Source: Candidatus Shapirobacteria bacterium (GTDB lineage: Bacteria; Patescibacteriota; Microgenomatia; UBA12405; BS750m-G30). Taken from it: DNA of 64,000 nucleotides. A model generated the notes under the pieces. That model worked only from the letters and a program-made list of their open reading frames with translations. It was not told the DNA's origin and did not search any database. The stretch lies in contig JBDRHA010000007.1 of the NCBI GenBank assembly GCA_043817235.1, positions 137,212 through 201,211 on the forward strand. The letters run 5' to 3'. A program made the translations under genes and the position numbers. This document shows, one piece after another, positions 45,613 through 54,272 of the stretch (positions are counted from its first letter, which is position 1; each line of letters begins with the position of its first letter).

Positions 45613-47124
45613 ATGAGTATAAAACCAATAAAAGAATTGACGAAGAATATTTTTCTACTTGTTTTAGCCGGTGTCGGGTTTTTTCTCCGAATTTTTGGGT
45701 TGGGGATGAACTATTCTTTTTGGACTGATGAGAATCACGTGGCCCTCTTTGCTGAAGCGATTTTAGCAAGAGGGAAGCCGGTTTTAGAAAATGGCTACCG
45801 TACGGGCGCATACCAAGGGCTTATGTACTGGGTTAGCGCTGCTTCGGCTAAACTTTGGGGATTGAACGAGTTTGGCATTCGTTTTCCTTCGGTTGTTTTT
45901 GGGGTTTTGACGATTATAGCAATTTATTTACTAGGCAAGGAGCTGTTTAATAAAAAAACAGCTTTGTTAGCGGCCTTTTTTCTTACTTTTTTAAAAATCG
46001 AAATTCTGATGAGCCGACAAGCAAGGCCTTATCAGGCTTTACAATTTTTCTTTCTTTTGTCAGCTTATTTTGTTTTTAAAATTATTGATAATAAAGATTT
46101 CAAAATAAAAAATTTACTCGGTTTTCTTTTTAGCGGTATCTTGGCTTGTTTAATGCACGGTTTGGGGCTGGCAGCTCTTTTTAGTGGTCTAGTATTCCTT
46201 CTATTGGTGAATTTTGATCAAAACAAAAGGTGGTTATTGCCTAGCTTGTTGGCTTTTTTAGGAAGCTGTCTTATTTTCCAAGAGCTGGTGTTTTCTTATT
46301 TTGCTCAGCTCGGGCAGGTGAATAATTTATTTTATTATCGTGTTTTCTTGGCTCACAATTATTTCCTATTTTGTTTGTTGGCATTTTTAGGTAGTTTTTT
46401 ACTAATTTGGCGGAGAAATTATCGGGACCTATTTTTATTTGCTGTTTTTCTAGGGGTTCAAATTATCATTGACTCTTTTTTTCTGAAGCAGCCATTTATT
46501 CGTTATTTTTATCCTGTTTTACCATTTATTATTTTACTTACTAGTTATGGGCTAGTTGAAATTATAGAGCTTGTTACTCCTGTTCTTTTTTCATCTCAAG
46601 GGAGGAGATTTGTGTCTTTTCGAGGAATTTGGATAAGTTTATTGTCAGCCGCTTTTATTCTTTTAACATTCTCTTTTCGAGATAAGTTTGTTTTTTGGCC
46701 ACAACAGACATACTCATTGAATGAAGACATGCAGGAAATTCCGGAAGTGGATTGGAAAAAGATATATGGTTTAGTGGCTGAGAAAAAGAAAGAAAATCCT
46801 GATTTAGTTTTGATAACCAATTGGAATGACTTATCGCTTTGGTATTTGGGCGAAGGCAACTTAAACTTTTTATTAAGAAGTGAAAAAAAAGAGATAGACG
46901 CTCTTTCGGGAGCAATAATTATTAATTCTTTGGGAAAGTTTGAAAAATTATTAGATGAAAATCGAAATGGAATCATTGTTTTGGATAGTTGGGATGATAG
47001 GGTGCCTGCAGGGATTAGGGAGTATGTGCACCAAAATTTAAAAAGAGAATATGAACTTGACCGGCTTTATCCGGTTCAGCCCCGATACTGGACGGTTTGG
47101 GTTTACTCTTGGGGCTTAGATTGA
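45613..47124 (+). CDS. GT-C (GT39/ArnT-like) membrane glycosyltransferase
   Basis: SFWTDE, IRFPSV and SRQARPY motifs. Confidence 0.85.
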   Translation: MSIKPIKELTKNIFLLVLAGVGFFLRIFGLGMNYSFWTDENHVALFAEAILARGKPVLENGYRTGAYQGLMYWVSAASAKLWGLNEFGIRFPSVVFGVLTIIAIYLLGKELFNKKTALLAAFFLTFLKIEILMSRQARPYQALQFFFLLSAYFVFKIIDNKDFKIKNLLGFLFSGILACLMHGLGLAALFSGLVFLLLVNFDQNKRWLLPSLLAFLGSCLIFQELVFSYFAQLGQVNNLFYYRVFLAHNYFLFCLLAFLGSFLLIWRRNYRDLFLFAVFLGVQIIIDSFFLKQPFIRYFYPVLPFIILLTSYGLVEIIELVTPVLFSSQGRRFVSFRGIWISLLSAAFILLTFSFRDKFVFWPQQTYSLNEDMQEIPEVDWKKIYGLVAEKKKENPDLVLITNWNDLSLWYLGEGNLNFLLRSEKKEIDALSGAIIINSLGKFEKLLDENRNGIIVLDSWDDRVPAGIREYVHQNLKREYELDRLYPVQPRYWTVWVYSWGLD

Positions 47125-47136
47125 TAGAATTTATTG

Positions 47137-48363
47137 GTGAAAAGAAAAATATTTAAAAATGCTCTTTTTCTCTCCGGTTCTCAAATCTTAGGCCGAATTA
47201 TTGGCTTTTTTTATTTTATTTTTTTGGCCCGGGCATTGGGCGTGGAAGTGTTCGGAATTTACGCCTGGGTTTTAGGGTTTGTTTATAATTTTTATCCTTT
47301 GGCGGACTTTGGCCTAGAAAAAATAGTGATGCGCGATCTTCCGCGCCAGCCCGAAAAAGCTAATTATTATTTAAAGCGTCTCCTTCCTTTGCGCGTCTGG
47401 CTGGCGTTTTTCACCCTAATCCTTCTATTATTGGCTGGATTAATAATGGGCTTGGGCTTGCAAAAGCTATTTTTTGTTTTTTTATTTGGCTTGACTATTT
47501 TGCCTAGTAACCTAATTTATTTAATTGCCTTTATAGAAAATTCTCGGGAAAAGGCAGAAATTTATGCTTTTGTTAATTTAGCGATCTCTTTAGGCGCTGT
47601 TATTTTGGGTTGGTTTATAATTAACTTTGGTTTGCCGATCAGCTTTCTTTTCTTAACCTTTTTTATTTCCTGCTTGCTCACTTTACTTATTTTGTTAAAA
47701 TCGGGAAGAAAACTGAATTTAGAATTTGACTTGATCGTTGATTTGCCTTTTTGGAAAAGGATTTTAACTCAATCCTGGGTTTTTGCGGTAATCATTACTT
47801 TGGCTGTTTTCTATTTAAGAATCTCTTTAGTTTTGGTTGGCCGTATTCTGGGGGATTACTCGGCGGGAATTTACGCGGCTGCATCGAAATTCGTTGAGGC
47901 CGGAGTGATGATTCCTCAAGGGTTAACCCTTGCTCTTTTCCCCTTATCTTCTAGGTTATTAATAGAGAATAAGAAAAAATTAAAAAAGATCTATTTCTTA
48001 GTTTTTCTTTGCTTACTATTCGTTTCTTTGCCAGTGGCGGCTATTATGCACTGGGGAGGAAAATATATTATTCCTCTTGTTTATGGGGCAGAATATCTTC
48101 CTTCAGTGCCGGTTTTCTCTTTAATGGGTTTGCTGGTTATTTTTTTATTTGTAAATAGCATTGCCGGAAATGTTATTCATAATTCAAACAAAGTAAAGCA
48201 ATTTATCCCTTTTGCGTTTTTAAATTTTTTAGTCGCTTTGATTTTAGGCCTTGTACTGATTCCCAGATTTGGGGTAATCGGCGGAGTTTGGGCCATGATA
48301 GGCGGTGAAATTTTTGGCCTAATTATTAATAATTTTTTTGTTTTTAAAATACTGCGTGAGTAA
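47137..48363 (+). CDS. wzx: Wzx-type flippase
   Basis: LARALG...FGIY, DFGL and AGIYAAA motifs; about 12 TM helices. GTG 47137 lies 6 nt after TAGAAT (track start 47134). Confidence 0.85.
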   Translation: MKRKIFKNALFLSGSQILGRIIGFFYFIFLARALGVEVFGIYAWVLGFVYNFYPLADFGLEKIVMRDLPRQPEKANYYLKRLLPLRVWLAFFTLILLLLAGLIMGLGLQKLFFVFLFGLTILPSNLIYLIAFIENSREKAEIYAFVNLAISLGAVILGWFIINFGLPISFLFLTFFISCLLTLLILLKSGRKLNLEFDLIVDLPFWKRILTQSWVFAVIITLAVFYLRISLVLVGRILGDYSAGIYAAASKFVEAGVMIPQGLTLALFPLSSRLLIENKKKLKKIYFLVFLCLLFVSLPVAAIMHWGGKYIIPLVYGAEYLPSVPVFSLMGLLVIFLFVNSIAGNVIHNSNKVKQFIPFAFLNFLVALILGLVLIPRFGVIGGVWAMIGGEIFGLIINNFFVFKILRE

Positions 48364-49291
48364 TAAACCAGATCTTTCGATTATTATTTTGAACTGGAAC
48401 ACGAAAGAGCTTTTGGGAAAATGCTTAGAGTCTATTCCGAAAAATAAAGATTACGAAGTTATTGTTATTGATAATGCTTCTTGCGATAACAGCAAGGAAT
48501 TTTTAAAAAAATTACTTAATGCTAAAAGTCTAAATCTAAAAGTTATTTTTAATAAAAAGAATTTGGGATTTTCAAAGGCTAATAATCAAGGAATAAAAAC
48601 AGCTTCGGGAAAATATATTTTACTTTTGAATAGTGATACAGAAATTTGCGATTCAGCGTTGGAAAAACTTTTAAAATACTTTAAGAGCAATTCAAGAGTT
48701 CTTGCTGTTTCGCCTCTTCTTCTTAATCCGGATAAAACTTACCAGCAAAAATATTATTTAAAACTCCCTTCTCCTTTCAGAATTGGTTTATATCATAACT
48801 TAATCTTGCGACCCCTTATTGTAAAAACTTTTTTACGAGGGCTGTTAATCAATTCTTTAGAAAAAAAACAGCCCTTTTTAGTAGATCAGCTTTCGGCTAC
48901 AGCTTTAATGGTTAGGAGCGAAGTCTTAAAAAAATATTTTTTAGACGAAGATTATCCTTTTTTATTTGAAGACGTAGACTGGTGCTATCGAATACAAAAA
49001 GATTTTCCCAATAGCTTGTTGGTGGTTCCCGATAGTAAGGTAATTCATCTGGGAGGAGGAAGCTGGAAGCAGTGGTTAGACAAAGACCCTTATCATTTTT
49101 ACCAGCATCATTTTCGCTCACTTTTGATTTTTGCTAAAAAACACCAAGTAAGCTTAATTTTTATTTATAAAATAGTTTTGGCTTTTTGTTTTTTAACTAA
49201 TTTTTTAGTTAACTTAATATTTTTAAGGCTAAAAAATGCCGAAGTTCAGCGAAAATTGTTTTTTTGGGTATTATTTAACAAAAATATCTAA
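48356..49291 (+). CDS. GT2 glycosyltransferase
   Basis: LSIIILNWN, IDNASCD, LLNSD and FEDVDWC motifs. Confidence 0.9.
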   Translation: MSNKPDLSIIILNWNTKELLGKCLESIPKNKDYEVIVIDNASCDNSKEFLKKLLNAKSLNLKVIFNKKNLGFSKANNQGIKTASGKYILLLNSDTEICDSALEKLLKYFKSNSRVLAVSPLLLNPDKTYQQKYYLKLPSPFRIGLYHNLILRPLIVKTFLRGLLINSLEKKQPFLVDQLSATALMVRSEVLKKYFLDEDYPFLFEDVDWCYRIQKDFPNSLLVVPDSKVIHLGGGSWKQWLDKDPYHFYQHHFRSLLIFAKKHQVSLIFIYKIVLAFCFLTNFLVNLIFLRLKNAEVQRKLFFWVLFNKNI

Positions 49292-49348
49292 AATAAGCCG
49301 ACAGGACAGGTTAAGTCTTGGCTGATATAAAAAGATCCTTCTTTTTCT

Positions 49349-50797
49349 TCACGGCGAAATTTTTTCTAAAATATAAACCTGGAGATTGTCAAGGCATTCG
49401 TATTTTTTTATTTCTTTCTTTGGGCCAAAAAGGGTAAGTTCATAAAATGAAGTTTTTTCCGGGTTATAGCGAGATTCTTCAACAATCAAAGCCATTTTCT
49501 GGGCGCTTTGGGGTTCGGTTTCAATTGCCCTAATGTTGCAGCCTGCTTCTTTAAATAAAAAGCGAAAGGTTTGCCCGGTATGGTAAGGAAAGAGTCCCGA
49601 TTGAACGGAAAGAAATAGGGGGTCTTTTTCCTGAGCGCAAACTTTTTGAGCACATTCTTGGGTTTCCTCGACGGTTCTATTTGCGGGATTAAAATAGCTT
49701 TTCGCTTGAGTGGGTCGGAGCCAAAGAGCGAGAATTAAGATTAGAATCGGAGCAAGAGTTTGATAGGGAAGTAGAGAAATAATAATTATTCCCAGAGTTA
49801 ATATTCCAAAGATAAAATGAGACTGCATGTCCCAGGGGATGATAAAAGTAAAAAATAAAGTGGCGGCGAGTAAAAATAAAGCTTGCCTAAGTAATATTTG
49901 GCTCTCTCTAATCGCTTTACTTTGAGACCTGTTTTTAAGCAATAAATAAATTCCAATACTTATAATGGCTAGCAAAATTATACCTGGCCAAAAAGGTGGA
50001 TAGGGTGAAATCGTGTATTGAAAAAGTTTACTTGATCGAACTATAATATCGGTTTGTTCTTGGGCTAAGCGAGGGTAAGTAAGCATTTGCTTGGCAAGAG
50101 TAAACTGATGGCGCAGTTCAAAAAAAAGAGTGGGCAAATTAAGAATAAAAAGCGATGCTCCTAAAGAAAGAACAAGGGGAATAAATTTTTTTCTGAGTTT
50201 AAGAAAAGCAAAAAAGACGTATGCGATAAAAACCGGGGCAACGCTAAAGGAAAGAGAAACAGCTGTGGTTAAACCAAGGGAGAACAAGATAAGAGTTTTT
50301 AACGAGTATCTTTCCAAGAGCTTGGCAAAAAAATAAAAAGCAGCCATAAGAAAAGGGGCCACAAATGAAGGGTTCCAGACAAAACGGTGCTGAATAATAA
50401 ACTGGGGCTGCAAGGAAAGCAATAACCAGGCAACAAATAAAGATTTTAGCCAAGCTGGTCGGTTTTTAAGTAAAAAGACTCCGACAATAAAAAAAGAAAT
50501 ATAAATCAAGGAGCAAGTATAGATCGTAGAAAAAGGGGAGTGCTTGGTAATTAGAAACAGGGGATAAAGAAGATAAAAATACAAGGCACTTTGGTTAAAA
50601 GGGATAGTGCTTGTTTGGGGGCCAAGCAAAGGCGGAGTTCCTTTTTCCCACCACAGACGCAAGGCAAGCAAATCCCGGCCCATGTCTACGGCAAAGAGCA
50701 AAGAGGTCTTGATTTTATATAGTCGGAAAAAAAGAAAAAGGGTGATTAGTAAAGCAGTAATTAAAAAAAGGGAAACATTTTTCCAGGATATTTTCAT
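49349..50797 (-). CDS. GT-C-like membrane glycosyltransferase
   Basis: FRLY......DMGRD...PPLLGP and VWNPS motifs; multi-pass membrane protein. Confidence 0.7.
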   Translation of the reverse strand: MKISWKNVSLFLITALLITLFLFFRLYKIKTSLLFAVDMGRDLLALRLWWEKGTPPLLGPQTSTIPFNQSALYFYLLYPLFLITKHSPFSTIYTCSLIYISFFIVGVFLLKNRPAWLKSLFVAWLLLSLQPQFIIQHRFVWNPSFVAPFLMAAFYFFAKLLERYSLKTLILFSLGLTTAVSLSFSVAPVFIAYVFFAFLKLRKKFIPLVLSLGASLFILNLPTLFFELRHQFTLAKQMLTYPRLAQEQTDIIVRSSKLFQYTISPYPPFWPGIILLAIISIGIYLLLKNRSQSKAIRESQILLRQALFLLAATLFFTFIIPWDMQSHFIFGILTLGIIIISLLPYQTLAPILILILALWLRPTQAKSYFNPANRTVEETQECAQKVCAQEKDPLFLSVQSGLFPYHTGQTFRFLFKEAGCNIRAIETEPQSAQKMALIVEESRYNPEKTSFYELTLFGPKKEIKKYECLDNLQVYILEKISP

Positions 50798-50846
50798 AAA
50801 CTGATTTTAACAAAAATGGGAATATTGTAAAAATTGATCAAGTTTA

Positions 50847-50883
50847 CCCACACCTGGTGTGGGTTAGGTAGACACCTTAGGAT
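50847..50883 (-). repeat. REP-like unit, copy 1 (inverted relative to copies 2 and 3)
   Basis: Palindrome CCCACACC-T-GGTGTGGG at 50847-50863. The reverse complement matches 51595-51631 at 32 of 37 positions. Confidence 0.9.
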
Positions 50884-50899
50884 AATTCTTAATTTTTGC

Positions 50900-51574
50900 T
50901 TAATCTTCCAAAACAAGATGCTTTATTCTTTCTAGTTTTCTTTGATAATCAAGCCGGTTAAAAACAAATTTCTGATAATCTTTCTTGCTTTTGAAAAAGC
51001 CCATAATCGCTTCGGTTTCTATGAAAGGACGAGGACTACCAGAAATATAGTCCATATAAGAATTCAGTTTATAATCCTTTAGTTCTTTTTCTTGCTTTAA
51101 AACATAAGAAGATAGGGGGTTCAGGTGGATGTATCTTGATAGGTGCGTGAATTGTTCCTCCGACTCAACTCTAATTCCCTTAAAAGGACCCTGAAAAAGA
51201 GGGCCATTTCGTCTATTTTTGATATTAAAATATTTAGCATAGCTGTTTTGAAGCAACCTTATAAAGTCTATAATTCCATGGTCAAGTTCTTGTCTTATTA
51301 AAAAATGGTAGTGGCTTGGCATAATTGAAAAGGAAAAAATTTTAATTTTTTCAGGTGAAGCATACAGGGAGTCTAGATAATTGTTTTTGTTTTGGGCAGG
51401 AAGTCTATTGTAATGAGAAAATCTTAGAGGATTATCTTTGAATCTGTAATAGTCAATAAGTTCTAAAATTCTTTTAGAGTTTAATTTGTTGCTAAAAATT
51501 GGTTGTTGTTCAATGCTTCTGTTGTATATGTGGTATGTTTCTCTGCTGACAAAAAATGTTTTTCTTGAAGGCAT
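50900..51574 (-). CDS. HUH/Y1 transposase, REP-associated tyrosine transposase (RAYT/TnpA-REP) type
   Basis: YHIYNRS, HUH motif MPSHYHFL, GPLFQGPFK and catalytic-Tyr motif RYIHLNP; flanked on both sides by palindromes. Confidence 0.9.
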   Translation of the reverse strand: MPSRKTFFVSRETYHIYNRSIEQQPIFSNKLNSKRILELIDYYRFKDNPLRFSHYNRLPAQNKNNYLDSLYASPEKIKIFSFSIMPSHYHFLIRQELDHGIIDFIRLLQNSYAKYFNIKNRRNGPLFQGPFKGIRVESEEQFTHLSRYIHLNPLSSYVLKQEKELKDYKLNSYMDYISGSPRPFIETEAIMGFFKSKKDYQKFVFNRLDYQRKLERIKHLVLED

Positions 51575-51580
51575 AAAAAA

Positions 51581-51609
51581 ATAATATTCAAAAAATCCCG
51601 AGGTGTCAA
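51581..51609 (-). promoter_or_regulatory. Sigma70 promoter of the transposase gene, leaderless
   Basis: Minus strand reads TTGACA-17 bp-TATTAT-6 nt-ATG; embedded in REP-like copy 2. Confidence 0.75.
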
Positions 51610-51636
51610 GCTATCCCACACCAGGTGTGGGCGAGT
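51583..51636 (+). repeat. REP-like unit, copy 2
   Basis: CCCACACC-A-GGTGTGGG at 51615-51631; 51 of 54 positions identical to 54022-54075. Confidence 0.92.
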
Positions 51637-51713
51637 AGGGCGAGCATGTGTAGCAATTTGTAATCCCAGTCTTGCTATAATAATCCAGTTAAATTTGTGA
51701 TTTTAGGAATCGT

Positions 51714-52214
51714 ATGAAAATTGCCATTATGTCGGATTCGCACGATCGCTGGGATTATTTAGAAAAAGCAATAGAAATTGCGAATAAAGAAGGCTGTGGG
51801 TATTTATTGTTCGCTTGTGATTTGATCTCTCCCCAAGGAGTGCCAGTATTAGAAAAATTTAAAGGTAAAGTAATATTTGTTTGGGGAAATAATGAAGGAG
51901 AAAGAGCGGGCTTGAAAAGAAAATTCGAAGATTTAAAGAAAGTTGAATTTTTTGGAGACACTTACAAAGGAGAGTTATCCGGTCTTAAAATTTTTATGAA
52001 TCACTATCCTCAGAAAGTTGAGTCAGCGGCAAAATCTGGAAATTATGATCTTTGCATTTTTGGTCATACACATCAATATTTTCAAGAAAAGGTTGGCTGC
52101 TGGCTTATTAATCCAGGAGAAATTCAGGGTTATTCTTCCGGCCAGACAACCTTCTCCATTTTTGACTCTGAAGCCAAGAAACCAGAAAAGAGGCGCATAG
52201 CTTCTGGTATATGA
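51714..52214 (+). CDS. Calcineurin-like metallophosphoesterase (YfcE/MJ0936 family)
   Basis: SDSHD, GNNE, H, GHTH and NPG motifs. The second motif reads FACD rather than the usual HxGD. Confidence 0.88.
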   Translation: MKIAIMSDSHDRWDYLEKAIEIANKEGCGYLLFACDLISPQGVPVLEKFKGKVIFVWGNNEGERAGLKRKFEDLKKVEFFGDTYKGELSGLKIFMNHYPQKVESAAKSGNYDLCIFGHTHQYFQEKVGCWLINPGEIQGYSSGQTTFSIFDSEAKKPEKRRIASGI

Positions 52215-53020
52215 TACCAATGAAAAAATATATTTTTGATTGCACGAAGGCTCTGAAATTGTCAAAAACTAAGAAAACCAACCTAAAATTCGTATCGCTT
52301 GATTTGGAGCAAATAAAAAAGAGAGTGCCGGAAATAGAGAAAATAGTTGTTCGAGGGGGATTTGTAGCTGATTTAATACTCGGGTGTTCGCCTTGCGATA
52401 TCGACTTGTTTTATCAAATAAAAGATAAAAAAACAGGTGAATATTCCAAAAAATGTCATTGCTCGGAAATTAAAAAAGCTATTAGGAAAATAAATTTTAA
52501 AATTTTTGACTGGAATGAAATTGATTTGGAAAACTCGTTTGAGAAACCACCCTTATTTGATCTGATTGAACGAACTTTAGGAGTTTTTAGTTATCATACG
52601 GATTTTTTGTCAATGTTTTGTATTGATGAACACGGAAAGATTTGGAGCAACAAAGATTCATTTTATTGTCTTAAAAATAAAATACTTGAATTAAATTATG
52701 CTGGCTTTGTTCCGTGGAGTTATTTTCGAAAAAAACATGAAAACTTTGATTTTTATTCCTTTCCTTTATATGTAATCACAAGAGGTTTAGCTCATATATC
52801 GAGAAGAGATCTTAAGCCAGGTAAGAATTTTCGGCTATTGCTAAAACAAACACCCTTTTTATTAGCTAATGCGAAAAGGGGGAGAGATTATAAACATGTC
52901 CAAAATTATATGCAAAAGAAACTAGCTAATGTAGACTATCAAAAGGTGATAAAGCAAGTGCTGGGAAGGGGATCTTCTAGAGTAATTAAATCTTTCCAGG
53001 AAATCCTTGTAGAAAAATAG
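52211..53020 (+). CDS. Putative nucleotidyltransferase with a CCA-adding/poly(A) polymerase head-like motif
   Basis: RGGFVADLILGCSPCDIDLF matches GGxVxDxxxGxxPxDxD. No RRD motif is evident. Confidence 0.65.
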   Translation: MIPMKKYIFDCTKALKLSKTKKTNLKFVSLDLEQIKKRVPEIEKIVVRGGFVADLILGCSPCDIDLFYQIKDKKTGEYSKKCHCSEIKKAIRKINFKIFDWNEIDLENSFEKPPLFDLIERTLGVFSYHTDFLSMFCIDEHGKIWSNKDSFYCLKNKILELNYAGFVPWSYFRKKHENFDFYSFPLYVITRGLAHISRRDLKPGKNFRLLLKQTPFLLANAKRGRDYKHVQNYMQKKLANVDYQKVIKQVLGRGSSRVIKSFQEILVEK

Positions 53021-53034
53021 ACAATAATTAAGGA

Positions 53035-53994
53035 ATGATAGATGTTCTGAAATCAACCAAGTTTATTTTGGATCAATCAAAATACGCAAGGGTTAGTCAA
53101 AAAGCAATATGCTCTTTGACTAACAGGGTAGGCAAAAAAGATTTACAGGCTTCAGAGATTGGTCTTGTGATGCAGGGCTGGCCTTTAGATACCCTTTTAC
53201 AGTTAATTTTTATTTTTAATACTATTAACTTTTGTTTTTGGGCGGGTAAGAATAAAGAGAAGTGGACAGTTAAAATTGGCGATGAAGAACTTGACGGATC
53301 AATTGCGCTTTTTAGATGTATAGAAAAAGAGACTGAAAAGAATAGCGCTTTATTGTCGGGGAGTGAGTTAGCTAATTTATCCCGCTCGCATTTACAAAAT
53401 ATTTTGACAGGGAATACAACAATTCCCCTATTCAATGAAAGATTAAGGTGTTTAAATGAAGCGGGAAGAGTGCTGGAAAAGCAGTTTGGAAATTCATTTA
53501 TCGACATTTATAAAAGGGCAAGGGGAGATGCCATGCTCCTTGCAGATCTTCTGGTCACGCGTTTCCCCTGTTTTAATGATATTTCTACGTACGGGAGACA
53601 AATAGTCGGTTTTTATAAAAGAGCCCAATTGAATTCGAAAATGATAAGCGATGCGCTTGTTTCACATGGCGAAAAGGAATTAAAGAATTTAGACAAGCTG
53701 ACAGCGTTTGCTGATTACAAAATCCCCCAAATGCTAAGGAAGCTAGGGGTAATTAAATATTCCAAGGAGTTAGCAGAGAAAATTGACTCTTACGTTTTAA
53801 TAGGGAAAGATTCGGAAGAAGAAGTAGAGATTAGGGTGGCCACGATTTGGGCAGTTGAGATTATTAGACAAGAAGTAGAGAAAAGATATGGTTTTGTTAC
53901 AGCGGCAGATGTTGACACTATGCTTTGGAATAGATCTCAAACTAAGCAAATGGGAGATAAGCCTTATCATCGAACTCTAACGATTGCTTACTGA
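53035..53994 (+). CDS. Queuosine salvage protein (DUF2419, Qng1-like Q-nucleotide N-glycosylase)
   Basis: NTINFCFW, FYKRAQL, LTAFADYKIPQMLR.LG, EVEIR, D..LW and terminal YHRTLTIAY motifs. Confidence 0.88.
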   Translation: MIDVLKSTKFILDQSKYARVSQKAICSLTNRVGKKDLQASEIGLVMQGWPLDTLLQLIFIFNTINFCFWAGKNKEKWTVKIGDEELDGSIALFRCIEKETEKNSALLSGSELANLSRSHLQNILTGNTTIPLFNERLRCLNEAGRVLEKQFGNSFIDIYKRARGDAMLLADLLVTRFPCFNDISTYGRQIVGFYKRAQLNSKMISDALVSHGEKELKNLDKLTAFADYKIPQMLRKLGVIKYSKELAEKIDSYVLIGKDSEEEVEIRVATIWAVEIIRQEVEKRYGFVTAADVDTMLWNRSQTKQMGDKPYHRTLTIAY

Positions 53995-54021
53995 GAAGTA
54001 TTTTACGCGCCGGGCGAAATA

Positions 54022-54075
54022 AATATTTAAAAAATCCCGAGGTGTCAAGCTATCCCACACCTGGTGTGGGCAAGT
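54022..54075 (+). repeat. REP-like unit, copy 3 (direct repeat of copy 2)
   Basis: CCCACACC-T-GGTGTGGG at 54054-54070 with the same flanks as copy 2. Confidence 0.92.
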
Positions 54076-54272
54076 TAGGTAAGTTATTTCTATTTTTAAA
54101 AGATATTGAAAGATACGAAAAGAAAAAAGAGGTAAATTTTGAATTTCGTCAAAGATGGGAAGAGCCAAAATACCGATTAAGACCAGATTTTCAAAGCCAC
54201 ATCGAAGGAGATATATTACGCGGGAATTGAGTTAAATTGTGCTGAAGCTCTATTTTGAAGTAAAATATTGCT

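Noticed and set aside
49296-49324. Imperfect hairpin between the convergent genes ending at 49291 and 49349
   Set aside because: Bulged stem with a large loop and no clear U-tract; too weak to call a terminator.
50900-51574. Classical IS200/IS605 insertion sequence with tnpB
   Set aside because: No tnpB is adjacent. The length (224 aa), the YIHLNP motif and the flanking palindromes fit the RAYT-like group better.
50847-54075. The three palindromic repeats as a CRISPR array or as rho-independent terminators
   Set aside because: Spacing is 0.77 and 2.4 kb with mixed orientation and no cas genes. The one-base loop and lack of a U-tract do not fit terminators, and copy 2 lies between divergent genes.
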